This document shows, piece by piece, positions 48,901-58,529 of a stretch of 64,000 nucleotides of DNA. Position numbers and translations under genes: made by a program. The DNA comes from Monocercomonoides exilis PA203 (taxonomy: Eukaryota; Protista; Preaxostyla). Numbering within the stretch: position 1 is the stretch's first letter; each line of letters opens with the position of its first letter. The notes under the pieces were generated by a model, which saw only the letters and a list, made by a program, of their open reading frames with translations, had not been told where the DNA came from and did no database searches. Where the stretch lies: contig LSRY02000015.1 of NCBI GenBank assembly GCA_001643675.2, forward strand, positions 1,426,001-1,490,000. Reading direction: 5' to 3'.

Positions 48901-51900
48901 AATATGAATTCGCTCCTGAACACATACACCCTCCCCAACAGATCCTCTTCGTCCCCATAATCGTCTGCTGTGCATCCCCATATCGCCAGCTCCTTCACAA
49001 ACGGCTCCCCAAAGTTTATCAGGAACTGTGATTCACTTATCTGCGAGTCAAGGTCTGTGCACTTCACAAACATATCTCTCCCCTTCAGTGCAACATTCTC
49101 CTTGAATGTGATGTTCGACAGCACAAATGGCAAAGACTTCTTTGCAACACTCTGCGTTTTCAAAAACAATCCTCCGCCTCTCCCGTTGTTCGAACAGAAG
49201 CATTCTGTCACATTTGTGTGATTCATTTCCAGTCTTCCCCTCTCGTTGAGAAGGAAAAACATGCCTCCTCCTTCATTCGAGCTTGCAGATCCACAACCAT
49301 CAATTGTCGAATTCTCCATTTTCAATTTCATTTCATTCTGCATATCACAGAAAAGAAATGAAGGGTTGTTTGGCACTGTGTTCTTCACATTCACAAACGA
49401 ACATTGCTCAAACAGAACATTCCACTCTTCTTCTTCTGCATTATCATTTCCATTTCCAGGAATCTCACTTTCACTCATCGCAATTGCACTTTTCTCGCTC
49501 AATGATATTTCTTCAAAGGACACATCGCTCATGGTTATCACACATCCAACTGATATGCTCATTATCTCATGCATTGATGCCAACCCTGCCATCTTTGTCT
49601 TTTCAATCTCGACAATTCCTTTTGTGGCACTTATCAATACAAATGTCAATTCACCTTCTGCATTATCACTCATGTGAATTGAACATCCTGCAATACTCGT
49701 ATTGATTGCATCTGAGCCTGTCTGGATGAGGATGCTTGCCTCGTTATCGAAGGCAGTCGGAATCACCATCCCCACTTCTTTGAATTGAACAACTCCTTTG
49801 CATTCAACAACAGCGCCCTTGTCTCCTTCAATCGCTTTCACAAATTGAATTTTGTCTGTTTCGCCATTTGTTCCTTCCAGCCTCATCCCACTCACACTCA
49901 TTTCATTCCTCACATCACAAGTCCCCTGAATGGCAATCGACCAAATCCCCAAACCACTCCCTCTCTTCAGCCCATAATCAACAGACCCGCACGGATACTC
50001 CAACAGCCCACACACAACCACATTATTTCCTTCCCTCGCCACATGCACACTCGACCCAACCTCTTTCCAGAAATAGATCAGTGGGATTGCACACTCTCTG
50101 TTTCCTCCATCGTACCCTCTCATCGAGTCTTCGGTCAGCATCTCCAGTCTATCTTTCACAAATGGCAGGGTTTCGTTCTTGATACTGCTGATAAGCGATG
50201 GAGATGAAACAAACAAATCCTTCCCAAACCTTGCATTGTTTGGCTTGTCAGAAGAAAAAGTTGGAGAGGATATCATAAATGTTGCCTCGCCCATTTCACT
50301 CAACAAGCTCAACATGATTCCTCCTCCATATCCAACTTCTTCCCCTTCATATGGAGCTGTGCAACAATAAAACGAACACAAATTTATCAAAAGATTCGTT
50401 TTCGAAGATGCTTCACAAAAGAGTGCACCACCTCCAATCTCAGTTCCTTCTTCTTCAACAGCACACTCTTCAAATGTACAGTCATTTATTTCCACTTTGC
50501 AATCGCTTCCATCATAACCATCGTTCGTAATGCTGATGCACCCTCCACTTCCCTTCGAACGAGTAATCGATGAAAATGTGCATCCTGTTATCTTCTCGAT
50601 ATTTCCGTTGTGGAACTCAACAATACATCCATCGCCAAATGAGATTTCTCCAAAATCGCTGTTTGTCATGTTCATTGAAGGCCTTGAATTAATACTTCCC
50701 TCAACAATGAAAAACGATGAATCTTCTATTCTCATATTCATTGTTGAAAACTCACTCACCTCCACAGCCCCTCCAACAACACTCACAAATACTGTTGAAA
50801 TAGCCTCAATCCCTCCTTCCATCCCACATTTGTTCAGTGTGAGTTTCTCAGAATGACATTCAAACACACTTTCATGAGATGAAAGCGATTGAATCAAAGA
50901 AAATACAATGCTAGTCATTGACACAGAAACTGAGTTCTCAATCAATCCACTTTGCGTTCCCTCTGTCAGATCGGCAACCTCACATTTCATCTCATTCTGT
51001 TTTGCCTTGACGTTCCATTCATCTGTCCTCAAGCTCAATTCATCCTCAAAGGCAAATGATTCAAGAATGGTTATGTCTTTTTTCTTCCCTTCAAAATGGA
51101 CCGATGCTGCCTTCGCGATTGTGGAGCATGGAAATAACTCATATCCACATATCGAAAAATCATGGCTCAATGATCCTCCTCCAACAAAGGCAGACCCTGA
51201 AAAGTTATCCCACAGATACACCACCAGCGGGATGGCAAATGCATCATTCAATGTTGATCTCTCGAATCCATTCATTTTTGTGAAGTTATTCAAATCAACT
51301 TCAAATCCCATCGATGTTCTGCTAATCACACTCGATAGATCATAAGAGTTAATGAAGATTTCTTTCCCCTCTCTGGCATCACATCCAGAAAATGAAACAT
51401 CCCTCAAAATGAATGAACTCGCCTCATCATCCAGATGAAGATAAATCCCTCCTCCATATCCGTGCTCTCCACCTGTGTTTTGTGTTGCCTTGCAGCTCAC
51501 AAGTTCAAATAAATCACTTTCATCATTTGGAAATATTGCCCTTGCTGAGTCAGCATCTGTCATATTTCCCACAGTGAATGATGATCCTTCTTCCATTTCA
51601 ACCCACAATCCTCCTCCATTTCCTCCATTGCCCTCACACCCAGACATCGCCCCTCCAATAATTTCCAGTGAGCAATCTCTTCCAAGTGTGCATTTCATTG
51701 CTCCTCCATCTCCTCCATCTCCTTTGAATCCACTCATCGTGTTGTTTGTGAGCTTCAGCGTCTTGGCTGAATTTGTGGAAATTACTCGAATGGATCCTGA
51801 TGGCAAATCTGCTTGCGAAGATGCTTTCACTGAAAGTGTTGAATCTTTAATCGAAAAAGATGCTCCATTCGCCATCCCAAACAAAACACTATTTCCTGTC

Positions 51901-54900
51901 GAGCTCATATCCTCAACATTCATGGAAGCGAATGAACCAGCAGCATTGATTCCATCAAGAGAAATCAACGGACAATTCTCAATGGTCAAGGACAAGACAT
52001 TCAACGATGAAACTGAAACATCGCCTTCCGTTGCTGATAAAAACACATAAGACAATGCTGATTGGGGATCTTGAAATGTCAGCGAGCAGCCGTCAAGGGA
52101 AAATAACTGTGAGGTGGAACAGAAGAATGCTTCGTGGTTTGGAAGAACAGATGGAACAGAGAAAACAAGTGAACTCACATTCGTATTTGCACTGACCGTT
52201 ATCATGCTTCCGTCACTTCCATTCGGATCATTGCTCACCTCCCATCCACCGTTTACATCTTTCCCCCTGATTGTGTGTTGGAAGGAGCCAAATGTCAGCT
52301 CATTTTTCATTTCAATCATCCCATCGACAACAATCTTCTTTTCACTTATTTGCCTTGTCAGAGAATGCTTCAGAGTCAGACAGGGAAACTCGGCAAACCC
52401 ACAACGAGAATGATCAAATGCATCAACATTACTCACAATGATCTCTTCTGGCAAAGGAATCAAATAAACACAAAGTGGAATTGGAATTGAATCATTTCCA
52501 TTATCATACCCTTGTATTTTGCTCTTTGTATCAAACGAAGCTGTCAATGAAGTGATTTTCCCACCTTTTGCTGTTGTTTCCAGATCGATTGAGTCAACAA
52601 AAATATCACTTCCCCATTTGGCTCTGTTCCCCTCAAATGCTGATGAAATCTGAAACTCTGCATTTGTATCTCTCACTTTCAGCCCAATCCCTCCTCCTCT
52701 CCCTTGGACGGTTGAGGCATAACAGTTTTTCACAACACCTCCACTCACATTCAATGAACCAACATTCCCCACTTCAACCATCATCCCTCCTCCAAACTCA
52801 GAGTCTTCACTCCCACAGCCATCAAGTGTGCATCCCTCAAGGGTTATCGAATATGACCCTTCACCCACGCCCATCAGCGATGATCCTGCTGTTGTCCTCA
52901 CAATATTATTGAATGTGCAGTTATCCAGAGACAATGTCACAGACGATCCTTGAGGCAGAGACATCACACTTGTTGTGCTGAATGTTTGTGACCATCTCAC
53001 ATCTTTCATCTTCAACTCTCCCCCTTCCATCTTCACAAGTGAGTTCTGAATGCTCCTCTCTTCTGAATGATCTGCATCCATCGATATGTTCAATCTCTCC
53101 AAATTGATCCCTCCAGACCCTTGAACCTCAAACAATATGCTTCTTCGGTTATTTTCAAATGACGAGTTGTGAACCACAGACAGATCGCTCACAGTCAATT
53201 CCCCTGTTCCAACACAAAACAGACTCAGTCCATTTGTCTCAAATTGTGTTTCAATAGCCGAGCCAGCTGGAGAAACTCCACTCACAGAGATTGTTTTCTC
53301 CCCAATATCAACTCCCTTTCCCTCCACAACTGTTCCACCCAACACCTTGATTTCCTCCACAAATCCCACAATCATTTGAGTCAGACAATGACTCACTGTT
53401 GCACAGGGATAAGTTTGATTAAGTCCACAAAAAAATGTATCTTTCCCTTTATTATCACTTGATGAAAATTTCACATATCTAATTCTCCCTCCATCATTTC
53501 TCAACCATTCACTTTTATCAGCAACTGATGACCATTCAGTCGAAACTCTGTTATCTGTTGTTCTTGTGGAAAAGCAAGTACTATCTATAAGATTGTCAAT
53601 TGAATTATAAATGACAACATCATGACCTCCTTTAAGGGCAATGTTGTTGTGAAAAAAGCAGTAAAACAATAATTTCTCCTCATATTTATTGAAATTATTG
53701 ATATAAATTCCTCCTGCCCCTCCAATTGAATAACAATTTAAAAAACAACATGAAAGACAACCAGCTTTTATATCGCATTGAACTATGTCACATCCACCTC
53801 CAGCAGAACTTATTTCCGAATTTGCGCTGCAATTGTTAAACAAACAGTCAATAATGAGTATCTCTTGATCATTAAAAGGAGAGTTTCCCACACTGATTCC
53901 TCCAGCATCATTTCCTGACCAACAATTTTTGAAGAAACAATTTGACGCATAACCCTTTGAAAGAATTGCATAATAACAAATTCCACCACCTCCTCTATCT
54001 CCTTCAAGCATTGCACATGTGCAATTGTCGAACTTACAGTGTTCAACATTTGCCTCAAGGATATTTTCCCCATAAATACCACCTCCCCTTGTTTTTGTTG
54101 CTTCACAATTCGAAAATGAAGAATTGAGAACTGCGAGCGTTGCATCTGGATTGTCGTGCACATAAAGTGCCCCTCCACAATCAGCTGTTTCATTGATCCA
54201 CTCACTCAACTTAAAAAATTGTGTTTCAGTTGAGCTCAATCTGTTCTTTTTGTTCAGTGAGTTTTCGATTCTCATATTATTAATGAATGATGAATTTGTT
54301 GATGAAAATAAAGATGAATTAACAGTTCCACAAATGACTCCTCCTTGAAGTCCATTTGCTGAATCACATATTTGACAATTGTCAAGAACACTTTTCAAGG
54401 CTCCGAGTTTTATTTTTTCAAAATTTGAATTATGATATTGAGTGATATTGAAAAATGAACATTTCGATATTTCTTCAGAATCACAACATCCAGAATGAAG
54501 AATGCTTCCACAATTCAAAATCACATTGTTGCAGAATGTTGATTCAGATAATCTTAGTGAGGCTGTGAGTGACGTTGAAGAAAGGCTGCTCATTGGTTGA
54601 TATTTTGGAGACCAATATGAAACATTGAAAAGATTGAATGAACCAAAACAATGAACCGGAGAAACACTCATCTTTTCTGATACAACAATTGTAATATGTT
54701 CGAACTCGCACTTTGAAAAAGTATCTATTGTCATGGAAGGTTTTGCTCCAAATGTATTGAATCTCAACGAAGACACAATTATTGATGCATTTGTTTCCAT
54801 CATCGATGATTGGACTTCAGCCTGAACTCTTCTGTTATTGATAGACATAAAGTCAAAATTAGTAATCTTGCTTGAATAATCGAAATCTTTCTGTTCTTTA

Positions 54901-55079
54901 CCGAAGAAAAATCCATCTTTTTCAAGCAACCGTGTGTTAATTGTTTTTGATTGAAAGTCATCATTTAACAAAGAGAAACTCTTCTGAGCTTTATTCATTT
55001 CTATTCCCTTCTCAAAGCATTGGAAAGAATGAATCATCAAAATAAATGCAATAACAGTCCATTTTTTAGAAACAATCAT
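45921..55079 (-). CDS. Giant type-I membrane receptor-like pseudokinase 'B' (3052 aa)
   Basis: Intact intronless ORF. Hydrophobic N-terminal signal peptide, five CGxxxxPC-type beta-helix modules, a TM segment identical to gene A's, and the LRWKAPE/FSIGMMLWECLT C-lobe. Confidence 0.93.
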   Translation of the reverse strand: MIVSKKWTVIAFILMIHSFQCFEKGIEMNKAQKSFSLLNDDFQSKTINTRLLEKDGFFFGKEQKDFDYSSKITNFDFMSINNRRVQAEVQSSMMETNASIIVSSLRFNTFGAKPSMTIDTFSKCEFEHITIVVSEKMSVSPVHCFGSFNLFNVSYWSPKYQPMSSLSSTSLTASLRLSESTFCNNVILNCGSILHSGCCDSEEISKCSFFNITQYHNSNFEKIKLGALKSVLDNCQICDSANGLQGGVICGTVNSSLFSSTNSSFINNMRIENSLNKKNRLSSTETQFFKLSEWINETADCGGALYVHDNPDATLAVLNSSFSNCEATKTRGGGIYGENILEANVEHCKFDNCTCAMLEGDRGGGGICYYAILSKGYASNCFFKNCWSGNDAGGISVGNSPFNDQEILIIDCLFNNCSANSEISSAGGGCDIVQCDIKAGCLSCCFLNCYSIGGAGGIYINNFNKYEEKLLFYCFFHNNIALKGGHDVVIYNSIDNLIDSTCFSTRTTDNRVSTEWSSVADKSEWLRNDGGRIRYVKFSSSDNKGKDTFFCGLNQTYPCATVSHCLTQMIVGFVEEIKVLGGTVVEGKGVDIGEKTISVSGVSPAGSAIETQFETNGLSLFCVGTGELTVSDLSVVHNSSFENNRRSILFEVQGSGGINLERLNISMDADHSEERSIQNSLVKMEGGELKMKDVRWSQTFSTTSVMSLPQGSSVTLSLDNCTFNNIVRTTAGSSLMGVGEGSYSITLEGCTLDGCGSEDSEFGGGMMVEVGNVGSLNVSGGVVKNCYASTVQGRGGGIGLKVRDTNAEFQISSAFEGNRAKWGSDIFVDSIDLETTAKGGKITSLTASFDTKSKIQGYDNGNDSIPIPLCVYLIPLPEEIIVSNVDAFDHSRCGFAEFPCLTLKHSLTRQISEKKIVVDGMIEMKNELTFGSFQHTIRGKDVNGGWEVSNDPNGSDGSMITVSANTNVSSLVFSVPSVLPNHEAFFCSTSQLFSLDGCSLTFQDPQSALSYVFLSATEGDVSVSSLNVLSLTIENCPLISLDGINAAGSFASMNVEDMSSTGNSVLFGMANGASFSIKDSTLSVKASSQADLPSGSIRVISTNSAKTLKLTNNTMSGFKGDGGDGGAMKCTLGRDCSLEIIGGAMSGCEGNGGNGGGLWVEMEEGSSFTVGNMTDADSARAIFPNDESDLFELVSCKATQNTGGEHGYGGGIYLHLDDEASSFILRDVSFSGCDAREGKEIFINSYDLSSVISRTSMGFEVDLNNFTKMNGFERSTLNDAFAIPLVVYLWDNFSGSAFVGGGSLSHDFSICGYELFPCSTIAKAASVHFEGKKKDITILESFAFEDELSLRTDEWNVKAKQNEMKCEVADLTEGTQSGLIENSVSVSMTSIVFSLIQSLSSHESVFECHSEKLTLNKCGMEGGIEAISTVFVSVVGGAVEVSEFSTMNMRIEDSSFFIVEGSINSRPSMNMTNSDFGEISFGDGCIVEFHNGNIEKITGCTFSSITRSKGSGGCISITNDGYDGSDCKVEINDCTFEECAVEEEGTEIGGGALFCEASSKTNLLINLCSFYCCTAPYEGEEVGYGGGIMLSLLSEMGEATFMISSPTFSSDKPNNARFGKDLFVSSPSLISSIKNETLPFVKDRLEMLTEDSMRGYDGGNRECAIPLIYFWKEVGSSVHVAREGNNVVVCGLLEYPCGSVDYGLKRGSGLGIWSIAIQGTCDVRNEMSVSGMRLEGTNGETDKIQFVKAIEGDKGAVVECKGVVQFKEVGMVIPTAFDNEASILIQTGSDAINTSIAGCSIHMSDNAEGELTFVLISATKGIVEIEKTKMAGLASMHEIMSISVGCVITMSDVSFEEISLSEKSAIAMSESEIPGNGNDNAEEEEWNVLFEQCSFVNVKNTVPNNPSFLFCDMQNEMKLKMENSTIDGCGSASSNEGGGMFFLLNERGRLEMNHTNVTECFCSNNGRGGGLFLKTQSVAKKSLPFVLSNITFKENVALKGRDMFVKCTDLDSQISESQFLINFGEPFVKELAIWGCTADDYGDEEDLLGRVYVFRSEFIFVSSIVGNSSNSKNCGEMKGACSSLNVGVSHIIPSDYSQLLIWNETTLTGSCSAQKVTIKSMEASRNAEIKVNEMSLADGVVTTSETVRIEKVSFVFGVMQNVVCPCLIHQANGSLILESVSFLSESGSMENSQTLFDFSLLVVENGIFEADRCGVGCLKFSKSMFQILCSERATFEDLTVCNAQCTSSAIECGKNEKVIISKLAATNISLQDRSLISFENGHSSLVLSLALSSFTNISRLASRPSVVCATQPLAGLEMCNCSIRECISDCVKGSQVAIALAESALMDLCQFEGSMADNTEEINGVSNKICQWNGSVVDFSKSSVMIKDTTICNSSKGGMTVSGGNAIIEKGEFLNSNPSIANYPSLRRNIICSDSGTLNVMSLKGGDGWERNTSLWMLNYGCSFEGIISERASSFFIPVLESVEANEKGAEMEIVFKGKLLLPCNLSFMIVKQMGDEKQIEKYEFDESEYASETEVEGRLKREIIREAGDEEEVRVSILFGNAKNPSSTDSFILKNRSEPKANGDERIVEGGKEGKSYWLLIVIIMGIILLIVLIGFILFIVRWRKVKERNEELQEIVNDNIRKDPKAFEMVTMEMSPEEQWRRAEREAEKKNDERMKKRVYEKSLGHSESSEHLLSESGSTEYILGRDSDKIPQWMSEKDEEEEIRKRTPSPSISSTCSTDSDSTFVRGEDLCPTTSSMSNLVDAMACSSPHEKLIVDLRDSLFMLLHGRNKTKEMAIGSLQEREQTAAQILFWVANLSLHSFDEMENPLQSLNNLSPHIVLFSEHMVICIVMHSDILLDDDSDSSSISSSTVVTSASGNDDDEDSLPSSAFEEEDSFKKECLRWKAPELHINKKMGATKESVAFSIGMMLWECLTLQIPFGDYEAEVAGQKIVNGERPRVEKIGDPSMRGIVERCLLEESKSRPTLVEMKREFIQRFPPGAVTLTISDAIDIGSGVEDRSKASNESGSSRTIYNESSIYSLVRPERRDRE
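49520..53393 (-). repeat. Left arm of a >=3.87-kb near-identical inverted repeat (pairs with 60126..64000)
   Basis: The reverse complement matches 60126-64000 from AGTCATTGTCTGACTCAAATG onward; about ten substitutions and one indel seen by eye. Confidence 0.95.
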
Positions 55080-57425
55080 TGTAATTTTTTGGCTTATGGT
55101 TCTTGTTCAATTGTCAATGATCTTTTATCCCATTAATGAATATTTAGATTTATTTTCCATGAGCTTTCTGTAATAATCTTTTCAACAATTTTTGGACTCA
55201 AATCGATAATTCAACAAGAAATCCTGTTTTTTACAAAAAACGCATTTCTTTAAATAGATTTAAAAACAATAAATTTGAGAAAATTATTTATTTGTTCTTG
55301 TTTCAACAATTTTTGTGAATATATAAATATATATAGATATATAGATATATATACAAATGGAAAATCGAATCCTTTGAAGAACAATGCAATTAACAAATAA
55401 ACCTTTGATAAAGAATATTTGTTGTTTTGTTATTACACAACAATGTTTAAATCGTTAATATATTATTTCGTTCAAACAAGCAAGAAAATTAATTATCTGT
55501 TTTTGTGAATATTCAGGCAGAAGATATTCACCTTGTTTTTTTTTTTTTTTTTTTTTTTTTTTATTATTATTATTATTTTTTATTTATTATTTTTTATTTT
55601 TTTTTGAATTATCAGTTTTGTTATTTCGATTGTGATGAACGATTTATTTTATAAGAAAAAACAAATATATGATATTCATGAACTGAATATAGGAAAAGCT
55701 AATATAAATATCGAATTTTTTGAAATCTTGTTTGAGATATTTTTGAATAAAGAAAAAAAAGCTAATAACCTATTTATATCTTGCTGATTCGATTGATTAA
55801 ATTTCATTTTGGCTGTGGGATTTAATTTTTCAATAAAGTTTCACATCAAAAATTTCAAATCTTCTTTTCTTTTCAAATAAAGACAAATACTATTCAGCAA
55901 TTAATTAAAACTAGCATTGATGTTCAAATAGAACGATATTTGTGAAAAATGAATCAAAAAAGAAATATTTTGTTCATTTGAAAAAAGTTGTATTATTTGC
56001 AACTTTTCAAAAAAAATGAATCATAATATTAATTATGTTTTCTTCATTTTTGACTCTTTTGAAATAATTCTTTATTATTATCTTTCAATTAGCTTCGAAC
56101 AAAGTTCATCATTTAATTGTTGATCAAAAACAGTTATTCATGAAAATCATTTGAATAACATTCAATAGGAACAAAAATATTTTCAACGGAATAAGAATTG
56201 CCATTCAAAATGAATTTATTCTATGTGAAAGTTAAAACACTGAAAAGAATTCACTTTCACATTTCAGTGAACATGAATGGATTTGTTCTCAATATCGTAA
56301 CAATAATTTACTGTTTTTATTTATCAAATGTTCATTTTTTCGATGAAAGCAAAAATTCATCTTTCTCAAGAAAAACAAATAATATTTATTGTTTCTTGAA
56401 AAGTTCCTTTTGTTTTTTTGTCATGAGAATATGAAAATGGAGTATTTAAATCAAATTTTCATTCCCCTTCACCAATTTATATGGATTATTCATTTTGGAA
56501 AGTTGCAAATGTTTAATATCCGAGTTTAATGAAAATGGACATTTTTTGATCATTTTTTGTTGTTGATCCATCAAATTTCTCCACTATGCACTTATGCTCA
56601 TATCAAATAAGCATGTTGTTTCTAATCAGCAAAATGATAGAGATTGATAATTCAATTGCTAAATATGATTAAATAAGGAACATTTTTATTTAACCAGGAT
56701 ATTTAACATTTGCGACTTTTCAAAAAGAATCACATTATTGATATGTTTTTCAATCTTTCAATAGAATTTATTTCTTTTGAATGATTATGGCAATAGGATG
56801 AAAATTTTTAATCTTGAGATTAGTATTAATTTGAGTGAGTAAAACAATATTTTTTGCTTTGTTCAAAAAAATCTTGAAAAATTTTATATTAACATGATGC
56901 ATGAAGTCTGTTTCTTTCTTTCTTTCTTTATTTTAATGATAAATGAAATGGAATAGCAACGTATTTCAGTGTTGTTCACGTGATGTTTTGTTTTTGATAT
57001 CCTTGAATTAAAAAAGAGTTCAAAAAGATTTGCAAACAATAATTATCAAAAGTGTCTAGGTAATGCGAAATACTCAAAAAAAAAAATTAGAAATAATTCA
57101 AAACATAATTGAATATTAAAGGTTGCTTTGCAAGATTTATGTTTTTATTTTTTTAAACAAATATAGAAAGAATAATAGTCCAAAATGGGCAAAACAAATG
57201 ATCAAAAACAAATTGGAAATTCCTTTGATTTATGTTTAGAACTAAAATTGTCACGTAACTATTTCTTTGAACGTTTATATGTGTGCAGCCTTTGTTCAAT
57301 ACATATTATAAATGCATATTTTATAAACAATCACGTCCTCCATATAAAAAATGTTCTGATGAAAAACTATTTCAGGATAAAAAAACCACCAATTGTTTTT
57401 TCATTAATTTCAATTTCATTTTTTA

Positions 57426-58209
57426 CACCAAAAATTATTCAACATCGAAAAAGTTTAATTCAAGATCGAAAATTATTATTCGAAATTGCAAAACTTTAAT
57501 TCGAAATCGAAAAAGTTTAAAACAACATCGAAAATATTTAATTCAACATCGAAAATTTTTTGTCGTGAAAAAATTTGAAAAAAAATTAAAAATTCATACT
57601 CATGTCAGTTTCTTTTCTTTCAGCTATTGATCTGAGAAATTTGTCAATTTCAATTAGAAAATTATTTTTTGATGCTTTTTTGGTGTTTGATTGTATTCAA
57701 TAGCGTGAATATAAAAAAGTTGAATATTTTTTTATTCTTCACATGTGTTCAGGAGACAATAAGCAATTTTTGCAAAAAATAAAAGCAATAGGATAGTTCA
57801 TGATCTTGTTTCGTCCACAAAAAGACAGAATTTCATCTCATTTATTGAATACGAAATGTTTTGAATTCATATATTGCATTGGAAACTGAAAAAATAAAAC
57901 ATTTTCAATTTTCATATTAATAAAAGAATCGATTGATATCAGTCTTTGTCATAAAAAACAGTCGTTTAAAACGAAAGAAAAACATTTCCAATAAATAAAC
58001 ATTGGTTATTATCAACATTTGTGTCAATAAAATTTCCTTGGTTTTGACTTGAATTGAAATTCCGAACTAATCAACTTCTTTTTCGATTTTGAATTAAACT
58101 TTTTCGATGTTGAATTAAATATTTTCGATTTCGAATTAAACTTTTTCGATTTTGAATAATAATTTTCGATGTTGAATTAAAGTTTTTCGATCTTGAATAA
58201 TTTTTGGTG
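57426..58209. mobile_element. Foldback-type MITE (~780 bp) with modular TIRs and TA target duplication
   Basis: TA|CACCAAAAATTATTCAACATCGAAAAA ... TTTTTCGATCTTGAATAATTTTTGGTG|TA. Each arm is about six tandem 21-bp units (consensus ATTCAACATCGAAAAAGTTTA) in inverted orientation. Confidence 0.85.
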
Positions 58210-58529
58210 TAGATATTTCAAACGAAAATATTTCTTTTGATAGCTATTCTTCTTTTCATTGATAGATAATTGCGCATTGAAGAATATATTGTTGGAAATG
58301 ACCTCAAGATGTTAATATTCCTCATTCAGAAAGAATGAAACAAAATCAAAGAGATTCAAGAGAGGCAAAAAAGAAAATACCATCTTTCATAACCGAATAG
58401 TTTAATAATTGAAAGACAAAGCAATATGAACAATCACCGATTTTTCAAATGGAAGAAAGATTGGAAGAATTGATATTTTCCAGAGATACTGAAAAAATTT
58501 TGAACGTAATTATAAAAAATAGATAAATA

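Noticed and set aside
57426-58209. CRISPR-like array in the 21-bp repeats (also the ~20-bp repeats at 30690-30810)
   Set aside because: The units are contiguous with no unique spacers and are arranged as inverted arms; the context is eukaryotic with no cas genes.
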